From Candidatus Altiarchaeota archaeon (GTDB lineage Archaea > Altiarchaeota > Altiarchaeia > IMC4 > QMZM01), in contig JAWAEV010000007.1 in the NCBI GenBank assembly GCA_038891095.1, positions 1-44,427 of the forward strand: DNA of 44,427 nucleotides. Reading direction: 5' to 3'. Below, piece by piece: positions 37,846 to 44,427 of the stretch (position 1 is its first letter; every line of letters starts with the position of its first letter). The position numbers were made by a program, and so were the translations under genes. The notes below the pieces were generated by a model. It worked only from the letters and a program-made list of their open reading frames with translations, was not told where the DNA came from and made no database searches.

Positions 37846-38490
37846 CTAAATTTGCTTTACTGGTGGTTTTGGAATTATCACTTTTATTTTAACTGAATCA
37901 GAAGATGTTTTTCCTGATGCATCAACTACTGTTAATGTTATTGTATACTCTCCTCTTTCTAATTTTGCTGAAAAACTATCCATTGAATAAGCCTTTGAAA
38001 CTTTTCTTGAAATTCCTGATGGTGTCGAACTCCAAGAATATTCAAAGTCCGGAGTACCTTGATAGACATAACCCAAAAATTGTATGTCTAAGTCTTCTTC
38101 AAGTTCGCTACCATCACCAGGATAGATTATCTCAACTTTCATTTCAGAGGAAGCATTACTATATGGTAGAGTAGAATCATTTTTCCATATATCTGTGCAG
38201 GAACAGTTAAATTGTTTTACATCAGTACTAATACTACTGAGAAGGTAATTAATAACTGCTACTGATAAAATAACAACAAATAAGCCTATAATACCATAAA
38301 TTATCCTTTTTTTTGCCTCATTTTTTTGCATTGAAGACTCTGAACTAATCAATTTAATTCCAGCGAGTGCTATTACAATTGATAAAATAGCAGCAGATAT
38401 AAACAAAATCAGGCATAAAATATTGCAAATAACCCAAGACCATTTTGCTCCTAATATTTCTCCTTCAAGTTGGGCAGAGACTACTAACAT
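37846..38490 (-). CDS. TrbC/VirB2-like (T4SS-type) pilin hairpin fused to a PKD/Ig-like domain
   Basis: TM-AGIKLISSE....KNEAKKRIIYGIIGL-TM hairpin, then II.P.DG, YSWSS and G.YTITLTV.D.SG...SDSV.I.V. Confidence 0.7.
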   Translation of the reverse strand: MLVVSAQLEGEILGAKWSWVICNILCLILFISAAILSIVIALAGIKLISSESSMQKNEAKKRIIYGIIGLFVVILSVAVINYLLSSISTDVKQFNCSCTDIWKNDSTLPYSNASSEMKVEIIYPGDGSELEEDLDIQFLGYVYQGTPDFEYSWSSTPSGISRKVSKAYSMDSFSAKLERGEYTITLTVVDASGKTSSDSVKIKVIIPKPPVKQI

Positions 38491-39194
38491 TTTTTCCTTT
38501 CAATTTTTTCCAAAATTGAGAAAATTTCTCTTAAATTCGAAATTTCATATAACGGCTTTTCATCTTTAATTTTTGGTTGCTGTTCGCTATACCTACCTCT
38601 CAAAATTTTTATCGTTAGCATACCAATTTTATTAGCGCCTAAGATATCCTTATCTAACCTATCTCCAACCATAATAGCTTCACTTGGTTCGCATTTAATT
38701 TTCTCCAATGCAAATTTGAAAATTTTTTCGTCTGATTTTTCAATACCAATTTCTTCAGAAATTAAAACTAAGTCAAAAAAATGTTGCAATCCTAAGCGAA
38801 TTAGTTTCTCCCATTGTTTTATTGCTTTTCCATCAGTTATTACTCCCAATTTATACCCAAGTTCTCTAAGCTTCAGTAGAGTTGGTACAGTTTCTGGGAA
38901 AGGTGTTAAGAAAGCTAATTTTGTATTATGATAAGCAACAATACCTGCAGCTATTATTCTTGGGTTCTCCTCGAAATTAAATTTTTTTACAAGTTCGTTA
39001 TAATGCATACTATAATTTGAACCATGTCTCTTAACGATTTTTCTCAGTTCATTCAATGCTCGTTCTTGATTTGCATTTAAACCAGCTTCTATCATCGCTT
39101 TTACAGCGTTTTTCCTTGCTTGTTCAACCTGAAGCGTTGAATCATAAAGAGTATTGTCTATATCAAAAAAAATCACTTTTATTTTTCTCACCAT
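38484..39194 (-). CDS. HAD-superfamily hydrolase (archaeal TIGR02253-like)
   Basis: FFDIDNTL, ITDG..IKQWEKLIRL, MVGDRLDKDI.GAN. Confidence 0.92.
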   Translation of the reverse strand: MVRKIKVIFFDIDNTLYDSTLQVEQARKNAVKAMIEAGLNANQERALNELRKIVKRHGSNYSMHYNELVKKFNFEENPRIIAAGIVAYHNTKLAFLTPFPETVPTLLKLRELGYKLGVITDGKAIKQWEKLIRLGLQHFFDLVLISEEIGIEKSDEKIFKFALEKIKCEPSEAIMVGDRLDKDILGANKIGMLTIKILRGRYSEQQPKIKDEKPLYEISNLREIFSILEKIERKKC

Positions 39195-39257
39195 AATTAT
39201 ATTTATGTTGTTATAGTTATAAATTTCCCTTTATGTATCCAATATTTAGATTTTAAA

Positions 39258-39893
39258 ATGAGAACAATAAGGAAAGCAGAAAAAATTTTAGAAATTTTGT
39301 CAAAAGATTACAAAAATGCGACAACTGAATTAAAATATAAAAATCCATTAGAACTTTTGGTTGCCACTATACTCTCAGCGCAATGCACTGATGAACGAGT
39401 TAATAAAGTTACATCTGAATTATTCAAAAAATATAAAACTGCTGAGGATTATGCAAATGCAAAGCAAGAAATTTTTGAGAATGAGATTAGATCAACTGGA
39501 TTTTATAAGAATAAAGCTAAAAACATTATCTCTATGGCAAGAATTCTTGTTGAGAAATTTAATTCTCAAGTGCCAGACACAATGGAGGATTTACAGAAAT
39601 TACCCGGAGTTGCAAGGAAAACAGCAAATATCGTGTTAACCTATGGTTTCGGAAAGGTAGAGGGCATAGCAGTTGACACTCATGTCAGTAGAGTTTCACA
39701 ACGCTTAGGCTTGACAAATGAAAAAAATCCTGAAAAAATTGAGCAAGATTTAATGAAAATTTTTCCAAAAAATTCATGGGCAAAAATAAATTCACTTCTC
39801 GTTTTGCATGGTAGATATATCTGCAAAGCAAAAAATCCTCTTTGCAAGGATTGCAAACTAAATAAAATTTGTAAGAGTGCATTTAATTTTTAA
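39258..39893 (+). CDS. nth: Endonuclease III
   Basis: LLVATILSAQCTD, HhH LPGVARKTAN, VDTHV, Fe-S motif CKAKNPLCKDCKLNKIC. Confidence 0.97.
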   Translation: MRTIRKAEKILEILSKDYKNATTELKYKNPLELLVATILSAQCTDERVNKVTSELFKKYKTAEDYANAKQEIFENEIRSTGFYKNKAKNIISMARILVEKFNSQVPDTMEDLQKLPGVARKTANIVLTYGFGKVEGIAVDTHVSRVSQRLGLTNEKNPEKIEQDLMKIFPKNSWAKINSLLVLHGRYICKAKNPLCKDCKLNKICKSAFNF

Positions 39894-39896
39894 ATT

Positions 39897-41021
39897 TTAG
39901 TATTGGTCACAGACCATATCTAAACCACATCTTTTTCTACCTATCATAAATGAAGAAACTACTGATGATATTAAAGTTACAATGGCAATAATGGAATACA
40001 TTACAGAGTCATAAATTTTTGCTTCGACTGCTAAAACAGCTGCAATCAAACTTATAGGTAATGGAATATTAAAAAGATATGTTACATATTTGGCATGCGT
40101 TGGAGTAAATTTCTTTCCAAAAATAAAGTTGCAGATAAAATTTGCCGAATATGAAATAAAAAATAATGATATTACTAAAAATAAATTTTGTGTTACTTGC
40201 ATTATTCCTATATTCATTCCTATTTCAAAGAAAAAGAAAGGTGTTAAAAAACCAAATGTCAAGTTTCTTAATTTTTTCTCTAAGTCCTCATGATCTTTAA
40301 TAACTTTTGATGTTACAACACCAATGAAAAATGATGAAATTGCAACTTCTATATTTGCAAATTCTGAAATTGTTGAAATTCCTAAAAGAAGAACAAGAAT
40401 GAACTTTAGTTCTATTTCAGATGAATGGTTTCTGTATCTTTTTATTATAGCATTACTTATGTCTGGAAGTAATGATATTGATATCAGAAATATTGCTATA
40501 ACTGTAAAACTAATCAAACTAAATTTAAAAAACATAAGGCTTAGTATCAACATTCCGAAAATTTCCGAGAAGGCTACTGCTCCAAGAATCACTTTACCTA
40601 CATTTGTCTTTAAAAAACCACTCTCTTTTAGTATGGGATAAACTATTGCTAATGAGGTCATTGAAAGACATATTCCTGTTATAACTGCTTTTTCTAAGCT
40701 AAATGATAGCAGAGCAAAAGTAGATGCTAAGATTAATATAAACGGACCAAAAAAAGTTAATGCTCCCAATGCAAAAGCTCTCCTAAAATTTTCTCTCATT
40801 AATTTTAAGTCAATTTCTAAGCCAGTAAGATACATCAAAGAAACTAATCCAAGAAACGAGAGATATTTAAATGAACTTGAAAATTCCAAGCTAAATAAAT
40901 TTTTTCCAATTATTCCTGAGAAAACTTCAAAAATTGGGACAGCTATATGGAACTCAAAAGAAAAAATTGCTGAGAATAAAATTAGGAGCACTACCCAAAG
41001 CGGATTTGTGTAATCTTGCAT
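39897..41021 (-). CDS. Cation:proton antiporter (CPA2-like)
   Basis: Many TM helices; LMYLTGLEID, TSLAIVYPILKE, FGFLTPFFFF.IG. Start moved to ATG 41021 to remove overlap with the divergent gene. Confidence 0.88.
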   Translation of the reverse strand: MQDYTNPLWVVLLILFSAIFSFEFHIAVPIFEVFSGIIGKNLFSLEFSSSFKYLSFLGLVSLMYLTGLEIDLKLMRENFRRAFALGALTFFGPFILILASTFALLSFSLEKAVITGICLSMTSLAIVYPILKESGFLKTNVGKVILGAVAFSEIFGMLILSLMFFKFSLISFTVIAIFLISISLLPDISNAIIKRYRNHSSEIELKFILVLLLGISTISEFANIEVAISSFFIGVVTSKVIKDHEDLEKKLRNLTFGFLTPFFFFEIGMNIGIMQVTQNLFLVISLFFISYSANFICNFIFGKKFTPTHAKYVTYLFNIPLPISLIAAVLAVEAKIYDSVMYSIIAIVTLISSVVSSFMIGRKRCGLDMVCDQY

Positions 41022-41071
41022 TTTATTTTTGTCATTACATATCTTTAATGATAGGAAAATACATAGATAAA

Positions 41072-41554
41072 ATGTCATTGGAAGAATATAAAAGGAAGAG
41101 AAATTTTGAAAAAACACATGAGCCAAAGCCAAAATCAGAAACAAATTTGACTCTAAATTATGATAATCCAAAAAAGGAGAAAATTTTTGTCATACAGGAA
41201 CATCATGCGAGTAAATTGCATTGGGATCTAAGGTTAGAAATTGAGGGAGTGTTAAAATCATGGGCATTGCCGAAAGAGCCACCTCAGTCAGAAGGCATAA
41301 AGAGGCTTGCTGTTGAGACAGAAGACCATCCTTTAGAATATGCGAATTTTGAAGGGACTATTGCCGAAGGAAACTATGGTGCAGGTGAAGTAAAAATCTG
41401 GGACAAAGGAATTTTCATACCTGAAAAAATTTCTGATATGGAAATAATATTCCAGCTTAAAGGTAATAAAATGGATGGAAAATTTGCTCTAATAAAATTA
41501 AAACCTTCTGAAAAATTCAAAGGAAAAAATTGGCTTTTTTTTAGAAGAAAATAA
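41072..41554 (+). CDS. Stand-alone LigD 3'-phosphoesterase (PE) domain protein
   Basis: MSLEEYKRKRNF.KT.EP, FVIQEHHA..LHWDLRLE, LKSWALPK, RLAVETEDHP..Y..FEG.I..G.YGAG.V.IWD. Start moved to ATG 41072. Confidence 0.92.
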   Translation: MSLEEYKRKRNFEKTHEPKPKSETNLTLNYDNPKKEKIFVIQEHHASKLHWDLRLEIEGVLKSWALPKEPPQSEGIKRLAVETEDHPLEYANFEGTIAEGNYGAGEVKIWDKGIFIPEKISDMEIIFQLKGNKMDGKFALIKLKPSEKFKGKNWLFFRRK

Positions 41555-41561
41555 TTTAGAT

Positions 41562-41837
41562 TCAGAAAGCTGTTAAAATGTTGCACAGCCAAGAAAAAAC
41601 AAAAAGGATCAAGATTACTAAAAGAGCAATTTCAATGAAAAATTCATTCATGCTATCTAATATACCTTTTTTTATTTTTGCTGTTGGTATAAGTTTTTTT
41701 GCTACTTTCTCACTTTTGTATGCTGTACTGAATTCAGCAATACTTAAAATTCCAATAAACAAAATAAATGAAAGTCCAAGTGCCATTAAGAATCTGTCGC
41801 CCTTTGTTTTATCCTCTTTTTTAATTTTGTTCTCCAT
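41562..41837 (-). CDS. Small 2-TM hypothetical membrane protein
   Basis: ATG 41837 (MENKIK); two hydrophobic helices. Confidence 0.6.
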   Translation of the reverse strand: MENKIKKEDKTKGDRFLMALGLSFILFIGILSIAEFSTAYKSEKVAKKLIPTAKIKKGILDSMNEFFIEIALLVILILFVFSWLCNILTAF

Positions 41838-41923
41838 TTTTCTATATATCAAGTTTTTGTATATATATTAGATTACATATTTAAATATTGTTCAATATTT
41901 AGAAAGTAAGAAAGATAATCAAA

Positions 41924-43684
41924 ATGGCTATATTTCAGTTGAAAATTTCAGAGGTTGGCTTAGAGAGAGCAAAAGAAATTCAGTGGTTAATTACAAATTC
42001 ATTTGGAAGTTATAGCTCAAGTTCAATTTTAAACAGGACAACAAAAAATTATCATGGTTTTTTTGTTTCTTTTGTAGGAGATAGTAGAGTAATAGTTATA
42101 AAAAGCTTAAATGAGTATCTTCTAATCCAAGGGAGAGAAAATTACCTTTCTGAAAAATTTTTAGAAAGTTTTGAATACTCATCAAAGGAAGTAAAGTTTG
42201 TATTTCAAACAAATTTTGCAAAAATTTTTAAGAGCATAAGAACAACTGATGTGAATGGAGTTATAGCTATTTATGAAATAAAAAATATTTCTAACAGAAA
42301 CTTAAAATTCATAGTTGAAGTTATTGTTGAGTGCAAAATTGTTGAATCTACTGATAAATTTAAAGACCAAAATTTCTCATTAGAGAAGTTAAATGAAAAA
42401 AATTTTGGGATTGAAACAAAGGGTTGTTATGCTATAGTCTCATCAGATAATGCAATTTGTTTTTTTAGAGATAGGAAGGCACATTTTGTTATTGAACTAA
42501 AGCCAGCAGAAGAAGCTAAATTTCATATCTCTGTAATCTGCGCTGATAGCAAGGAGAAAGCAACAGAGGATTTAAAAGAGATTGAAATTTTTGTTGATAA
42601 ATCTGAGAGATTCTTTTCTTCTGGTTTTGGATCAGCACTAATGGCGCTTCTTGCAAATTCTAATCAATTTTTAGTCAAGAGAGATAACAAAATCGGAATT
42701 ATTGCTGGCTATCCCTACTATGGCGAGATAGGGAGAGACGCTATGATCTCTTTACCAGGGCTAACATTCATAACAGGAAAATTTAAAGAAGCTGAATTAA
42801 TCTTTGAGAGATATCTTAACAATTCAACTACTTATGGTGTGCCAAGTAAATTTCTAAATGGAGAGCCAATATATGAAGACATTGACACAACACTTTGGCT
42901 TATTGATAGGCTTTATAAATATATGCTCCATGTTGGAGAGGAAAATTTCAAAAATTTTTTACATACATACTGGTGGAATTTGAAAGATATAATGAAAAGT
43001 TATCTTGAAAAAGAAAGAAATGGCTTTCTTATGCATAATGGAAAAACATGGATGCTTTCTCTTAGAAGAGAATTTGCTGTTGAAATTCAAGGTTTATGGT
43101 ATAACGCCTTAAAAATAATGGATAGATTTTCAGTTTTAATGGATGATTATTCTAACTATGAAACATATGCAAAGGATCATGAAGCTGTATTTTTGGAGAA
43201 ATTTTGGAATGGTTCCTATCTAAAAGACTCATTAAATGATAACTCTCTAAGACCAAATCAATTGATTTTAGCAGACTTGAGCTTCAATCTTTTATCAAAA
43301 GAACACAAAGAGAAAATTTTAGAAGTGATCTCTAAGGAATTATTAACACCTTATGGAGTGATGACCTTAAGCAAGAAAGATGAAAATTTCAATCCATATG
43401 ATAAATTTGATGGTGCTGCTATTCCTTGGCTTCTTGGACCTTTTGTTAAAATGCATACTGATGTATATGGTAAAGAAAAAAGCTATGAATTTTTGAAAAT
43501 AATTTTAGAAGGGCATATTAATTCAGGATGCATTGGTGCTATCCCTGAATTTTTCAATTCTGAAAATTATAAATTTTTGGGTTGTGTTTCATATGCTCCA
43601 TCAGTTGCCGAAATTTTGAGAGCATATTTCGGAGATGTTTTAGGGATGGAAAAAAGCAGATTGATTAATTTAAATCATTTTTAA
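41924..43684 (+). CDS. Glycogen debranching enzyme paralogue (GDE N-terminal + GH133-like), possibly inactive
   Basis: WLITNSFGSYSS...YHG N-terminal motif; IIAGYP, GRDAMISLPGL, VEIQGLWYNAL, LRPNQ, LLTPYG..TLS, PWLLGPF, IPE.F. Confidence 0.85.
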   Translation: MAIFQLKISEVGLERAKEIQWLITNSFGSYSSSSILNRTTKNYHGFFVSFVGDSRVIVIKSLNEYLLIQGRENYLSEKFLESFEYSSKEVKFVFQTNFAKIFKSIRTTDVNGVIAIYEIKNISNRNLKFIVEVIVECKIVESTDKFKDQNFSLEKLNEKNFGIETKGCYAIVSSDNAICFFRDRKAHFVIELKPAEEAKFHISVICADSKEKATEDLKEIEIFVDKSERFFSSGFGSALMALLANSNQFLVKRDNKIGIIAGYPYYGEIGRDAMISLPGLTFITGKFKEAELIFERYLNNSTTYGVPSKFLNGEPIYEDIDTTLWLIDRLYKYMLHVGEENFKNFLHTYWWNLKDIMKSYLEKERNGFLMHNGKTWMLSLRREFAVEIQGLWYNALKIMDRFSVLMDDYSNYETYAKDHEAVFLEKFWNGSYLKDSLNDNSLRPNQLILADLSFNLLSKEHKEKILEVISKELLTPYGVMTLSKKDENFNPYDKFDGAAIPWLLGPFVKMHTDVYGKEKSYEFLKIILEGHINSGCIGAIPEFFNSENYKFLGCVSYAPSVAEILRAYFGDVLGMEKSRLINLNHF

Positions 43685-43708
43685 ATCCCCTTCTAATTAT
43701 AAAATCAT

Positions 43709-44239
43709 ATGAAAAAGAAAATCGTTCTTGGAATATGTGGAAGTGTTGCAGCAGTTGAGACAGTGAAAATAATTCGAGAGTTAAAAAGAAATGGAATAGA
43801 AGTTGAGTGCGTTATGAGTAATGCAGCAAAGAAAATTTTACATCCTTATGTATTGGAATGGGCTTCTGGAAATCCAGTAATAGAGAAAATTTCTGGAAAA
43901 GTTGAGCATGTTAGGCTTTGTGGATTAAATGGTGAAGCATCTTTACTTTTAATTTGTCCTTGTACCTCTAATACAATTTCTAAAATAGCTAATGGCATAG
44001 ATGACACGCCAGTTACAACATTTGCTGCAACTGCATTAGGTTCTGGAATTCCAATTGTAATCGCGCCAGCGATGCATTACTCAATGTACAACAATCCTTT
44101 TGTTAAGGAGAATATAAAAAAGTTAGAAAAAGCCGGAGTTAAAATTATAAAACCAAAAATCGAAGAAGGAAAAGCAAAACTCCCTGAAAAGGAGGAAATT
44201 GTTAAAGTTGTTATTAATGCCATAAAATCATCTAAATAA
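43709..44239 (+). CDS. coaC: Phosphopantothenoylcysteine decarboxylase-like flavoprotein (CoaC domain only)
   Basis: IVLGICGSVAA, EHV.L, PCTSNTISKIANGIDD, PAMH..M, EEGKAK; ends at 176 aa without a CoaB domain. Confidence 0.8.
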   Translation: MKKKIVLGICGSVAAVETVKIIRELKRNGIEVECVMSNAAKKILHPYVLEWASGNPVIEKISGKVEHVRLCGLNGEASLLLICPCTSNTISKIANGIDDTPVTTFAATALGSGIPIVIAPAMHYSMYNNPFVKENIKKLEKAGVKIIKPKIEEGKAKLPEKEEIVKVVINAIKSSK

Positions 44240-44427
44240 GTATAATTTTTCTTTTTGGGCAACCTACACTTTTTCTTTTTCATAAAAAGAAAAAGGGCGG
44301 AGTTGTTATTAATGCCATAAAATCATCTAAATAAGTATAATTTTTCTTTTTGGGCAACCTACACTTTTTCTTTTTCATAAAAAGAAAAAGGGCGGAGTTG
44401 TTATTAATGCCATAAAATAATCTAAAT
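44206..44427. repeat. 95-bp tandem repeat, about 2.3 copies, each full unit with a 12-bp hairpin
   Basis: Units start at 44206, 44301 and 44396. The first two are identical; the third is partial with one mismatch. Hairpin CTTTTTCTTTTT-CAT-AAAAAGAAAAAG at 44269-44295. Confidence 0.93.

Noticed and set aside
40934-41171. Apparent long head-to-head overlap between the antiporter and LigD-PE ORFs
   Set aside because: It disappears with starts at 41021 (-) and 41072 (+), where family-like sequence begins.
44206-44427. Possible CRISPR array
   Set aside because: Units are identical over the full 95 bp with no unique spacers, and there are no cas genes in the window.

Overview
AT-rich, densely coding archaeal chromosome segment. 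Archaeal origin is shown by TFB, proteasome beta subunit, aCPSF1, DTD2, Pth2, CTP-dependent RibK, archaeal RibC and a BHB-intron tRNA. An Altiarchaeota/DPANN-like lineage is my inference only. Most of the window is housekeeping: rtcA, tmk, map, psmB-aCPSF1, tfb, ribK/ribC/ribH, pyrK-pyrC-pth2, nth, coaC and tRNA-Leu(UAA) with a 23-nt intron. It also holds a five-gene glycogen operon (GT4, GH57, DUF5752-like, GT3 synthase, GH133 debranching enzyme) and a second, motif-degenerate GH133 paralogue. The best candidate for an undescribed system is 17975-27223. It encodes a membrane DUF835 protein, a single-domain KaiC-like ATPase, a 977-aa receptor-like protein (exported beta-rich region, one TM helix, HerA/VirB4-type ATPase, long coiled coil), two more coiled-coil proteins, a Yip1-like protein and a 2-TM protein with a duplicated helical motif. 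Features missing from the ORF track: two abutting micro-ORFs (56-aa TM and 28-aa Arg/Lys-rich), a multiply frameshifted anion-transporter pseudogene, a 19-nt initiation region shared by psmB and aCPSF1, and a 95-bp tandem repeat at the right end. All family calls come from motif recognition by eye; no searches were run.
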